A DNA stretch of 64,000 nt from Octopus vulgaris (lineage: Eukaryota): the NCBI GenBank assembly GCA_951406725.2, contig OX597829.1, positions 23,436,001-23,500,000 of the forward strand. Reading direction: 5' to 3'. Positions 38,978-53,109 of this stretch are shown piece by piece; position 1 is the first letter of the stretch, and the number at the start of each line of letters is the position of its first letter. Below the pieces are notes generated by a model that was not told the DNA's origin, ran no database searches, and saw nothing but the letters and a program-made list of their open reading frames with translations. The translations under genes were made by a program, and so were the position numbers.

Positions 38978-41900
38978 CAAAATAAGCAACAAAGATATCC
39001 AGAGGTACTGCTGTACGATTGTTTCATGTGACTCCATTTAATTGAGCAATGCAAATATTACATCAATTTTAGAATGTAGAGCAATCTTCAGCTGCATAAA
39101 AATATAGAATTTAGTTAAATTCGAAGGATTCATTTGTATAGTTTTCTTATTATCCAAAATCACAAAGAGGATAAGTAGATAGACAAAGAACATGTTTCAT
39201 TAACAACATCATAGTTGTAACTGATATTTTTTTCACAGGAAGACACTGCTTATCATTGATTTTATTTTGTTATTCAGATTTACTAAAGGAGGCGGGGGGT
39301 AGTTCTAATTTATAGAATAGGCTATCAAGTCTAATAGAAACTTTTATAGATAGGATAAAAAGACAATTTAAGTGGCAGAGTCATAAATCAAGATTTCTTT
39401 GAAGTAAAACCATTTGGTTCAGTAAGAATATATTTCAGCCAAATTTGCAGGCTAAAGCTTTAATACAGTGTGGTACAGTAACAATAGAAAAAACAGGATA
39501 TGAGCAATAATTAATGTTCTTTTTGAAGAAATGCATCACAAAATAAGTTTAAATTAAAAATTTAGGATTACAAACCTTGCAATATGGAATAAGGCTAGCA
39601 ACTATAATTCCTAGATGTCCCTGGAAAGAAAATGTAAATTTAGATTCAACAATGACGACAATATTTGAAGGGAAAAGACTTAAGTTACTTGAGACATAGT
39701 TTTCACATATATTTTACTGATATAAGCAAAGCACTTCTAACTGGAAATTGAACGAGAGGGAGGGAAAACAAAACAAAAATCATTATAATGAACACTAGTG
39801 TGCAGGTGTGGCTAAGTGGTAAGAAGTTTGCTTCCCAATCTTCCATGGTTCCAGGTTGGCACTTTGAGCAAGTGATTTCTAATATTGCTCCAGGCTGACC
39901 AAAACCCTGTGAGCGGATTTGAAGATGGAAACTGAAAGAAGCCTGACTTATGTATTCAGTCCAAATATTCTACCTTTTTTATGTTAAAACTGACCAGATC
40001 TGGCCTCACACATGTAGCCTATAATGCCATTCTAAAAATATACAATCACATTGTTGAAATCTGGAAACTAGGAGATATTGCCTGATTAATTGAAAACAAT
40101 ATGAATAAATATGTGTCATATTTGACAGAGCAATCTGAATGCTAAAGATTTAAACAAATATCAAGACAAAATAACTGTCTGGCTAAAGAATTGAATGGCT
40201 GAATTGTAAGCTGGAGCACTGCCTTTAGTTGAACAAATCGACCCCAAGACTTATTCTTTGTAAGCCAAGTACTTATCCTATTGGTCTCTTTTGCTGAACC
40301 ACTAAGTTACAGGGATGCAAACACACTAACATTGGTTGTCAAGCGATGGTGTGTGTGTGTGTGGGGGGGACAAAAACACAAACACACACAAACACATTAT
40401 ATATACATATATACGACGGGCTTCTTTCAGTTTCTTATTTTTTTATTGCCCACAAGGGGCTAAACATAGAGGGGACAAACAAGGACAGACAAAAGGATTA
40501 AGTCGATTACATCGATCCCAGTGTGTAACTGGTATTTAATTTATCAACCCTGAAAGGATGAAAGGCAAAATTGACCTCGGCGGAATTTGAACTCAGAACG
40601 TAAAGACAGACGAAATACCGCTAAGCATTTCGCCTGGCGGGCTAAAGTTTCTGCCAGCTCACCACCTTTCAGTTTCTGTCTACCAAATCCACTCACAAGG
40701 CTTTGGTTGGCCCGAGGTTATAGTAGAAGACACTTGCCCAAAGTGCCACACAGTGGGACTGAACCCAGAACCATGTGGTTGGTAAGCAAGCTATTTACCA
40801 CACAGCCACTTCTGTGCCTATATCTAGGAGTACATTATCTTATGTGTATTATAATAGTATTAGTGGCTATAGTTGTTGTTTTTTAGCTTCAAGTCAGTCT
40901 TCATCCAGTGGACCTATGATCAAAGATGTTCCAGCCATTTCTACCCTGTTCAATTTCTCTCTTAGGTACAGTACATCTAAGACTACATTATAGAATATAT
41001 GCTTTCTATTTTAAAACAGCAGAGCGTTATATGTGAGATGCTACTACTGTAAATCCTCGAGTATAGTCCGCCCTTGAGTATAATACAAATGGGAATTTTA
41101 GGGGGCTGTACCTCTGAAAAACTTATACTTTGTGTATAATATGCACCCCTTCTCGAACTTGAGTCAAGGGGGTCTATATAACGTCCTTGGTTTGTAAAAA
41201 ATGTATACAGTAATGTCCTTTATCATTATTGTATATATAACATAATGCAAATGTGTAGCTTTTTTGTGCATTTTGTTTGCAGAAAATAAAGAAATAACAG
41301 TAATAAAGTTTAATAAATGTTGCTTACTGCAAGTTATGGATGATTCTTTTATGACTTCATTGCTTTCAGGCTTAGCTTAAGGTATTTTCGTGCCCTACAT
41401 CACAAAATGCGTCTGAATAAACATTGCCGAACAGCAAATAGAGACTCAGACATTGCTTAGAAATTAATTTTCATTTTTAACCTTGTATATAATACGCACT
41501 AGGGATTTTGACCTTTAAATTTTGGGGAAAAAATACAGATTAAACTTGAGGATTTACGGTATGTCTAGCAGTTTATGTGACTACATGAAGCTCCCACACT
41601 GACTTTTAAAGAAACTCCCTCTCTTGTCTTTAAAGAGGCTTCCTCTCTGATCCTAACAGAGATTCCTTCTCTGGTTTTTATTCTGATTAATTATTTAATT
41701 AGAGTTAAACATTTGATGTTTTATTTCATAATTTCTGAAAGAACTATAAAGACACAAGTTCAAACTTACCCCACCACTGCAGAAATCTACAATAGTTTGG
41801 CCAGGTTGAGCTATTTTCCTAATTGCTGTAACAAGATTTTCTAGTTGCTGACATTTTTTGAGAGCTCTTTTCTCAGGAAGTCCACCTGAAATAGAAGAGG

Positions 41901-42039
41901 AGACAAATACAACAACAACAACAACAGCAGCAGATACAATAAGTAGTAGTAGTAGTAGTAGTAGTAGTATAGTTGTAGTAGTAGTATAGTTGTAGTAGTA
42001 GTATAGTTGTAGTAGTAGTAGTGGTGGTGGTGGTGGTAA

Positions 42040-42100
<61 letters not shown>

Positions 42101-42247
42101 AGTAGTAGTAGTAGCAGCAGCAGCAACAGTAGCAGTAGCAACAATCATCATAGTCATAATCATCACTATCACCCTGTACAAATCCCAAACATACACATTA
42201 AATGTACTATTCACACATTTGAAACAATATCCCAATTGCTCATCCAA

Positions 42248-42279
<32 letters not shown>

Positions 42280-44350
42280 GCACTTTCTCCCTCTCTCAGC
42301 ATTCCTAGCAATACAAAACCCTAACTACCAAATTTTGACAATGATGACGACAAAGAATTATTATTATTATTTTAGCCCAAGGCCAGCAATTTTAGGCAGA
42401 GAGGGCTAGTTGTTCACATTGGCCTCCAGTGTCCAACTGGTAATTTATTTTATCAACACCCACAAAAGGCAAAGTTAATCCTAGCTGCATTTGAACTCAC
42501 AGTGCCAACAATTTTGCCAGCTTGCTGCCTTAACAACAACAGCAACGACAACAACAACAATTATCTTACCCTCATGTGGATGAATGGCACGAGGTAATTC
42601 ACTCCAAGGTAAAGTAATATCTGTTCCACATGGATGTTCTCCCACAATGGGTTCAATAATGGCCTCCTAAAAAGAAAAATAACAATGACCAAATCACCCA
42701 ACGCCACTAACAATGAATACGACAAATCAACAACAGGGATTACATAAGTGTTGGTTCCATATGCTACGAATAGCATTCATGTCCCATCCTAGCATCTTAA
42801 AATGGAATGACTCAGTGAATATTATTATTTGACATGTTTTGCAAAAACAATACATAAATATAGGCGCAGGAGTGGCTGTGTGGTAAGTAGCTTGCTTACC
42901 AGCCACATGGTTCCAGGTTCAGTCCCACTGCATGGCATCTTGGGCAAGTGTCTTCTACTATAGCCTTGGGCCAACCAAAGCATTGTGAGTGGACTTGGTT
43001 GACAGAAACTGAAAGAAGCCCGTCGTATGTGTGTGTGTGTATGTGTGTCTGTGTTTGTACCCCCCAACCGATGCTGGTGTGTTTGCGTCCCCGTCACTTA
43101 GCGGTTCAGCAAGAGAGACCGATAGATTAAGTACTAGGCTTACAAAGAATAAGTCCTGGGGCCAATTTGCTCGACTAAAGGCGGTGCTCCAGCATGTCCA
43201 CAGTCAAATGACTGGAACATATAAAAGAATAAAAGAATAAATGTTTTAGTTCTCATTAATTAACTCACAATAGAATATGGCCTTCAGCATTCTGGATTTG
43301 TCTACGTGTGAGATGTGGCCTGCCCATCTGAGCTGAGCAGCATGGTTTCAAATTTTAGGGTATTATAAGGCAGGGGTTGGGGAACTTTTTTAACCAATTA
43401 CCCCAAAATATATTTATTTACGCCGATGTTACCTCCTTGGTATGAAAGGAAGAAAATCATTGATTCTTTGAATTCAAAAGGTCTATTGAATCTATTTACA
43501 TGTCCAATACATTGGACAGATGCAATGTTGCCAGAAGAAAAATTTCTGTCGTAGTAAGGAACATGTTTTATTTTTATATAATTTTTCTTATGTCTAACTC
43601 ATTACTCCCAAGAATCTCATTTTTATTCCACTTGGGGTAATTTACCCCGGTTCACCAAGCCCTGTTATAAGGTGTCGAATTAACAGAATTGTTACTACAC
43701 TGGGCAAAATGCTTAGCAGCCTTTTGTCTGTCATTATGTTCTGATTTCAAATCCTGCTGAGGTTGACTTTGCCTTTTATCCCTACAGGGTCGATTAAATA
43801 AGTACCAGTTGAATACTAGGGTTGATGTAATCGATTTATTCCCTCCCCAAAATTGCTGGGCTTGTGCCGATGCCGATACAGAACAGCATTGAATGGTAGA
43901 AGAACGGATTAGAGTTTTCTCCCTTACATTAGAGAAAGGCTCATATCCTTCACCCATGAATGAATATAAACAAAATTAGTACAATTCTTGTAGTATTTTC
44001 TACTCAAGGTACAAGGCTCGAAATTTTTGGGAAGGGGTTGGGGCAGTCAATTAGATCGACCTCAGTACGCAACTGGTACTTAATTTATCGACCCCTGAAA
44101 GGATGAAAGGCAAAGTCGACCTCGGTGGAAATCTTTCGTGCTGCCTCACCAATGCAGCTTTGTGCAAGTATTGTATCTTACATGAAGAACTTGATTCATT
44201 TATGTCATCATTATTGTTTCCCCCATGGGATGGAGAGGGCTTTTTGGGGCAGTGTTTCATGGCCAACCTGATGCCAACTTTTTGAGTCACCTCTTGCAGC
44301 ACAAAGTGAAACTGTGTACCCTTTCTGAAAACTGAGATGCACATGATATA

Positions 44351-44386
<36 letters not shown>

Positions 44387-45573
44387 TGAGATAGAGAAAG
44401 AGTGTGTGTGTGTGTGTGTGTGTTTTATGTTTGATACAGTCATTAAGAAAACATTTTCATGTAAAAAAATGAAATAATAAGTCTCACCTTAATTATTTTG
44501 AGTACTCTTGCAAGTTCTGGTTTTAATGCTCTGTATTTACTCCGAGTTCTACGTCTGGAACAATGAGATGTGTAAAGACAATTAGAAACATGTTAAGATA
44601 ATTAGCAACAAATTAAGATAATCACCAATATATTAAGATAAGTAGGAAGATCATCATCATCGTTTAACGTCCACTTTCCATGCTAGCATGGGTTGCATGA
44701 TTTGTCTGAGGACTGGCGCACCAGATGGCTGCACCAGGCCCCAATCTGATCTGGCAGAGTTTCTACAGCTGGATGCCCTTCCTAATGCCAACCACTCCGT
44801 GAGTGTAGTGGGTGCTTTTACGTGCCACCGGCACAAGGGCCAGTCTGGTGGTACTGGCAACGGCCATGCTCAATTAGTGTTTTTTACGTGCCACCTGCAC
44901 AGGAGCCAGTCCAGCAGCACTGGCAACAACTTCGCTCAAATGTTTTCCACCACATGCCAGTAAGGCGACGCTGGTAATGATCACGTTTTCCTCGTTATCA
45001 TCATTATCATCATCCTTATTATCACTATTAAGGAGGCAAGCTGGCAGAATCATTAGCACGCTAGATGAAACACTTAGCAGTATTTTGTCCATCACTGCAT
45101 TCTGAGTTCAAATTCCACTGAGGTCAACTTTGCCTTTCATCCTTTCGGAGTCAATAAATTAAGTACTAGCTACATACTGGGATCGATGTAATCAACTAGT
45201 CCCCTCCACCCAAATTTCAGGCCTTGTGGCCTATAACAGAAAGGATCGTTGTCATTGTCATCATCATCATCATCATCATCATTATCATTGTTATTAAGGC
45301 AGCAAGCTGGCAGAATCGTTAGCACACTGGGAGAAATGCTTAGCAGTAATTTATCTGCCGCTACATTCTGAGTTCAAATACTGTCAAGGTTGACTTTGCT
45401 TTTCATTCATTTGGGGGGTCGATAAATTAAGGACCAGTTACACACTGGGATCAATATAATCGACTAGCTCCCTCCCCCAAATTTCAGGCCTTGTGCCCTA
45501 TAATAGAAAGGATTATTGCCACTGCTGCTGCTAATGCTGCTGCTGCTGCTACTACTACTACTACTACTACTAC

Positions 45574-45606
<33 letters not shown>

Positions 45607-47375
45607 GGCAGTGAGCTGGCAGAATCATTAGCATGCTGGACAAACTGCTTAGCAGCATTTCAGCCGTCTTTTATGTTCTGAATTCAAATTCCACCGAGAT
45701 CAACTTAGCCTTTCATCTTTTCAAGGTCAATGAAATAAGTACCAGTTATGCACTGAGGTCGATGTAACTGACTTATCTTCCTCCCCCAAAATTTCAGGCC
45801 TTGTGCCTATAGTAGAAAGGATTATTATTATTATTGTTGTTGTTGTTGTTGTTGTTACTATTGCTTTATCCCATGCACTATTTTAAATAGAAACAGTTGA
45901 CCATTTTGGTCATTAAAGGTATCATCCATCAACAGGAGAGTCAGCTTCAGTACTTGGCTGGTTCTTTATTTTATGTCCCTCTCCGACTACTTCAAGGATT
46001 AAAAATCATATATAACAATCATATATAACAATAGGACAAAATTTATCATGTTTACTTTCAACCGAAGTAAGACCCTATAGCCTCACTTTGTAGGATTCAA
46101 ACTCATAACATAAAGGACCTTAAGCTTCATATTATTCGACACCCTAACAATTCTGCAAATTCACCACCAAAAATACAGAAACATATTTTCCTAAAGAACA
46201 CCAGAAAGGGTGTACTTACTGCAGTTCTGATTCCTCTTCATTTTCATCTTCATCAGTGTCCTTTTGAAGAACTTCGGGTAAAATGAATTTGTAAATGTAA
46301 ATATTTGGAAATTCAAAATGTTGATTGAAAATTTCAAGACAGCAACCATACTGAAGTGCTGCTACTTTTAGTTTTGGCATTTTGGTCATATTTTGGAACC
46401 AGGCACACAACTTAGGCAAGTAGATTTTAAGTGAATTAAACTGAAAGTCAATAGATTCCTGGAGATAAAAGAAAATATTAGTATAATTAATGCTGTGAAG
46501 GTGATGGAAGGATTGGTAGAGCATCAGAAAATAAACCTTGGCAATATTTATGTTCCAATTTTAAATGCCATGCAATGTAATTACTATTTGTAATTGTTTT
46601 AGATTCAATGTACAGTCTCAGGGAAAATCACTTGGTAAGTTCACTGCAATCAATTCACCATGAAGCAAGTTCACCATGAGGAAAGTTTACCACAACAAAA
46701 GTTCACTGCGATGAAAGTTCATTAAGAGGAAAGTTCACCATGAAGAAAGCTCACCACAAAGAAAGTTCAAGAGGAGAATTCACCAAGAGGTAAGTTCACC
46801 GAGAAGAAGGTTCACTGCAAAGAAAGTTCACCGCAAAGAAAGTTCATGATGAGGAAAGTTCACCGTGTGAAAAGTTCACTGAGCAGAAATTTCACTTCAA
46901 GGAAAAGGTTCACTGAGAAGAAAGTTTACCACAAGGAAAGTTCACTGCAAGGAAAGTTCACTGTGAAGAAAGTTTACTGCAAGGAAAGTTCATCACAGGC
47001 AAAGTTCACTGCAAGGAAAGATCACCACAAGTAAAGTTCACTGAGGGGGAAGTTCGGGAAGAAAATATATCTCACCATTAATATCTAAAAACTATTTTAT
47101 TAAAAAAAAAACACAAGTAATGGAGACCCTGTGGTGAACTGATGACAGTGAACTTTCCCTGCAGGGAATTGATGACAAACTTACCAGACAAGAATCACTT
47201 GTTTACCAAGTAAATCTTCAAAATAAGAAAAAAATTTTTAGGATGGCACAAGGTTAAAAATGTGTTTGGTACAGAGGTATAACCACTATGCCATATGCCC
47301 GTGGGTGTATGGCGCAGTGGTTAAGAGCGTGGGCTACCAACCCCAAGATTCCAAGTTCGATTCCAGGCAGTGACC

Positions 47376-47436
<61 letters not shown>

Positions 47437-47468
47437 TAATAATAATAATAATAATCATAATAATAATC

Positions 47469-47500
<32 letters not shown>

Positions 47501-50500
47501 TAATAATAACAACATCATTGAAAAATACCTCAGGAATGAGAACCCAGGTTCGAAATTTCCCCAAGACACCTGATGAATGCTGGAGGGTATATCAGCCGAA
47601 ACGTTGTGTTAAAAACAAACAAGATGAGGACAAATATCCGTCGAATGTAAATAATGTATATTATGTGCACTTTATTTATTGATGCTGTTTTGTTTTTTTA
47701 TCTTTTAGTAAAGAGAGAAGGCAGAGTCCATAACCACTGAGAGGGTCTCCAAGACTGGTGAGAATAAGGGAAGGAAGTATCATTAAACCAGAGTACTGAC
47801 TCAAAAGCTTGCAAAAGAATGGTGTACATTAGTGGTTCCCAACCAGAATCCATATGGTTATACTTCTACATTAAACAAAATATTTTAATAATTGTTTTTA
47901 TACAATTCTTAATATTTGATTATAGAAATATAATCATTATCAACATCATCATCATCATCGTTTAACGTCCGCTTTCCATGCTAGCATGGGTTGGACGGTT
48001 TGACTGAGGGCTGACAAACCAGATGGCTGCACCAGACTCCAATCTTGATCTGGCAGAGTTTCTATAGCTTCATGCCCTTCCTAATGCCAACCACTCCGAG
48101 GGTGTAGTGGGTGCTTTTACGTGCCACTGGCATAGGGGCCAGTCAGGTGGTACTGGCAACGGCCATGCTCAAATGGTGTTTTTTTGCGTAATACTTGCAC
48201 AGGAACCAGTCCAGCGGCACTGGCAACGACCTCGCTGAAATATTTTAAACATCAAATGACAGGGCAGGTCCATCTGAGTAAAAGAGGAATTAAAGGGTCC
48301 ACATGCAAAAAAAATGCTTGAGAAACACAGGTCTACCAAGGTAACCAAGGCAACCAAGGTACCTGTGTTTTGGTACCGTATTTCTGTTGACATTTACTAT
48401 TTTCACTCTATTTAATTGTGAAAACAGCAAAAAATTTAGTAATCTAATTTAATCACGTGGTGATAGTGATGGCAGTGTTGGTGGCAATGGCAATTATGAT
48501 GATGATGAGGGCAGTGATTATGACAATTAAGATGGTGATTAAGGCAATGAGCTGGCAGAAGCGTTAGTACGCTAGGCGAGTCTGTCTTTACGTTCTGAGT
48601 TCAAATTCCGCCAAGGTCGACTTTGCCTTTCATCCTTTTAGGGTCGATAAATTAAGTACCAGTTGCATATGGGTGGGGGTGTCTAATTTACTAGCCCACA
48701 CTTCCCCAAAAATGTCAGGCCTTGTGCCTAGAGTAGAAAAGAATTAAGATGGTGATGATTGTGATGATGTTGATGATGATGATAATGTTGACAACGACGA
48801 TGATGGTAATGATACAGTTTTCCTTTTCTTCTGTAAATAAATCAGAGGATGTTGAGAGAGAAACAGGAAGTGGGGAGAGGAAGAGAGAGGGAGAGAAAGA
48901 GTAGTGCACTATAAAGAAAAAAAAACCCTCAACAGGTTGATGGTGATGAACCACAGTTTGATAAACAAAGTAAAGATCACAGGGAAAGATAAAATACCAG
49001 ACAGAGTAGTCATTACTTACAATGAAATGATAAGTGAAGACGAACAACATAAGATCGGCCACGGTCATCTCGATTCCTTCAACATACAGATGGTCTAAGA
49101 TAATGTCATCAATTCTCATCTTGTTCATAAGTCTCTGCAACGTTTCTTCCACATCTTTGCTATTATTGACATTGTTATCTCCATTACATTTGTGATCTCC
49201 ATTACATTTGTCACTTCTGGGAAAAAATTTCATTTCTGAAGACACTGTCTCATCACCATTACATTTTCCAACGTTATTTACAGGCTGCAGTAGAAAATAA
49301 TTGTCATTATTTTGGATATATTGTCTGCTTTTTCTTGTTTTTTTTTTTTTCATTTTAACTTCTTTTTTTTTTTTTCTGGTTTAGTTTGTAAACTTTCAGT
49401 AATAAAACATGAAGATAAAATCTTAGAATAAAAACCACAAAGTTTGCCATTTGTTTAATGTCTTTTTTTTTCTTTTCCATGCTAGCATTGATTATATAGA
49501 GTTATATTTGAAGAAATATTTTACTGCTAGAGTTCTGGTGCTACAAGAAAGAAAAGGCAGCGAGCTGGCAGAAACGTTAGCACACCAAGCAAAATGCTTA
49601 GCGGTGTTTCGTCTGCCACTATGTTCTGAGTTCAAATCCTTTCAGCGTCAATTAAATAAGTACCAGTTATGCACTGGGGTCAATATAATCGACTTAATCT
49701 GTTTGTCTGTCCTTGTTTGTTCCCTCTGCATGTAACCCCTTGTGGGCAGTAAAGAAATAAGAAAGAAAAGCAACCACCACATACTGTAAAGTGGTTGGTG
49801 TTAGGAAGGGCATCCAGCCATAGAAACGTTTGTGTTTCTATGACTGGACATATTTCCCACTCTGTTGGAAAGTTTGTGGCATACTGAAGGCAGACAGAAA
49901 CATGACATTTACCACACTGAACTCAACGATTTCAAAAAGCACTTAAAAGAGGGTTTATGCAATGTTTACATTCACAAAATTAATTTCCTGTTATTGCTAA
50001 TCTTTAAATATTCAAATTATTGTCAAATGTAATGCTTATTCATTCACATTTTTTTTAACTGATCCTGCATTAACACATAACTTTGAGATTTCAATGATGT
50101 GATTGTGTAGTTTTAGCATGATACTATAGGGTAAGTGTAAGCAGTCAGATCTAACTGGTCTGAACATAAAACAAATATAATATCTGGGTTGGATGTGGCC
50201 AGTTTAAATGCTAAAGGGCTAACCTCTTTAGCAATTAAACCCAAATGTTCTGCCTGTTTTATGTTGAAACCAGCCAAATTTGGTTTCACACGCCTACCTT
50301 ACTATGTCATTCTAAAAAATAAGCAATCAAATCATTGACATTTTAAAACTATGAGATAACTTATAATTAATTCAAAACAATGTGAATAAATAAGTATAGC
50401 ATTTGAGAGGGTAATCCGAATGCTAAAGAGTTAAGCAATAAAAATTATCTATAGTATTTAAATAAGTATGATAGTATATATAGTTTATACTATATATACA

Positions 50501-51958
50501 GTATATATAGTATATATAAGTATATGTAAATATATAGTATGATTGATGAACAAGTATTGACATCATGTCCCGTTAAAATTTCTAGCGTGGTCAAAAATAT
50601 TGACGATAATGTAAAATAAAATCAGCCACGACAACAATTTCACTTGCCTCAACAGGTCTTCACAAGCACAGTTTATTGCCCAATGAATGAAAGGTACTCT
50701 TAAATGGGCTGGTTATGCTGTACTGGCATAGGCCACGGTTACGATCTCAATTGGCTTGCAAGGACTTCTCAAGCACAGCATATCTCCAAAGGTCTCAGTC
50801 ACTTGTCGTTGCCTTGGTGAGGCCAAATGTTTGAAGGTTGTGCAGTACAAATCAAATGGCATATAGGAAGGAGATTTGATGACACAGAGCTATCTGATTA
50901 AATGACATCAAATAGTATAAATGCAGCTGATTGCATATATATATATATATTCATACATACATGTACTCATGGCTGTGTAACATGTACACATAGTTGAGTA
51001 GTTAAGAAGCTTGCTTCCCAACCATGTGGCCTCGGGTTCAGTCTTGCTGCTTAGCAGCTTGGGAGAGTGTCTTCTAATATAGACCCAGGCTGACCATAGC
51101 CTTGCAGGTAAATTTTGTGAGCGGAAACTGAATGAATACATACATACATACATACATACATGCACATGTACATACATATGTACATACAGACAGACATACA
51201 TACTCACATTACATACATACAGGCAGATGCATGCATGCATCCATCCATAAATCCATATACACACACATACACACACAAGCACATACACACACACACACAT
51301 ATATACAGACATCATCATCATCATTTAACATCCGCTTTCCATGCTGGCATGGATTGGATGGTTTGATAGGAGCTGGCTAGGCAGAAGACTGCACCAGGCT
51401 CCAGTGTCTGTTTTGGCATGTTTTTTTCATGGCTGGATGCCCTTCCTAACACAAGAGATAGAGAGAGGAAAACATGAAGAGACAGAGAGAAAGCTAGGAA
51501 ACAACAAGGAGAGATAGGAGGAGACAGAGAGAGAAATAAGAAGAAAGAAAGAGAGACAAAAAGAGACAGACAGAGATAGGAAGAGTCACAGTGAAAGAGA
51601 GAGAAAAACACTGAGGAAACAACAGAAAGATATATAAATAAAACTTGTACAATATAACTTACAATTTTGAATCTTATCACTGCATGTGGCTGCAGAAGTT
51701 CTCCAGTTACTGGTCCTGACCTTTGACATATCCTTATATTTGATGACACATCAGAATCATCACTTCTGGTCACTGGATCTGACCAAGTATCCAAAACTCT
51801 TTGAATAAGATGCCTTTTCATTTTGTCGTCATTGTGGATACGAGGTGGACGGTACAGGTGTTGCTCAAGAATAACAATTTCTTTTGTTAAACTAAGTTCA
51901 ATGGAATCTTCAGCTTCCAGTTTACCATTATGCACCAGATTGCTTTTTATCAACCTGG

Positions 51959-52029
<71 letters not shown>

Positions 52030-52055
52030 TAAATAAATAATAATAATAAATAATA

Positions 52056-52109
<54 letters not shown>

Positions 52110-52148
52110 TAAATAATAAATAAATAATAATAATAATAATAAATAATA

Positions 52149-52182
<34 letters not shown>

Positions 52183-52927
52183 TGCTTTCTAATTGCTGTA
52201 TCAATACCAGCAGATGACAACGTTTCTCTAAAAGAAACAGAGAAACTTTCAAAAGACAAAGACCTGGAAATAGAGATAACTTGAATGTGGAATCTAAACA
52301 CAGAAACAATTCCTATCATAGTGGGCGCATTAGGTACGATAAAAAAATTTCAGTTAAATATATAACAAAAACATCAGGACTTACAAATATATATAATATA
52401 CAGAAAATTGCACTACTGGGCACTGCGCACATCCTATGCAAAACACTTTCAATACAGTAACCATAAAAGCATCACAACAAACCACAGCACATACCCAAGG
52501 CACACAGAGCTGCGCTCAGTAGTGAAGTGAAAGCAGGCTATAAAAATAAAACTACTGAATAATAATAATAATTTCAAATTTTGGCAGAAATTTTGGGGAT
52601 CAGCTGTACTTATTTTACTAACCCCTAAAGGATGAAAGATAAAGTCAACCTTGGTGGAATCTGAACCCAGAACATAGAGAGAGACAAAATGTCGCTAAGC
52701 ATTTTGCCTGCCATACTAATGATTCCTTTCTACTAAAGGTACAAGGCCTAAAATTTTGTGGGGAAGGGACTAGTCAATTACACTGGCCCCAGTATTTCAC
52801 TAGTACTCAATTTATCGAACCTGAAAGGATGAAAGGCAAAGTTGACCTCAGAACATAAAGATGGAAGAAATGCTGCTAAGCATTTTGCCTGGCGTGCTAA
52901 CGTTTTTGCTAACTCACCACCTTAATA

Positions 52928-52987
<60 letters not shown>

Positions 52988-53020
52988 TTAATGATAATAA
53001 TAATAATGATAATAATAATA

Positions 53021-53051
<31 letters not shown>

Positions 53052-53074
53052 TATTAATGATAATAATAATAATG

Positions 53075-53109
<35 letters not shown>

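Noticed and set aside
46635-47055. CRISPR-like array
   Set aside because: Eukaryotic context, contiguous degenerate units, no unique spacers, no cas genes.
47303-47375. Functional tRNA gene (also 13518-13590 and the SINE heads)
   Set aside because: Acceptor stem does not pair well, the anticodon differs between copies, and all are embedded in repeats.
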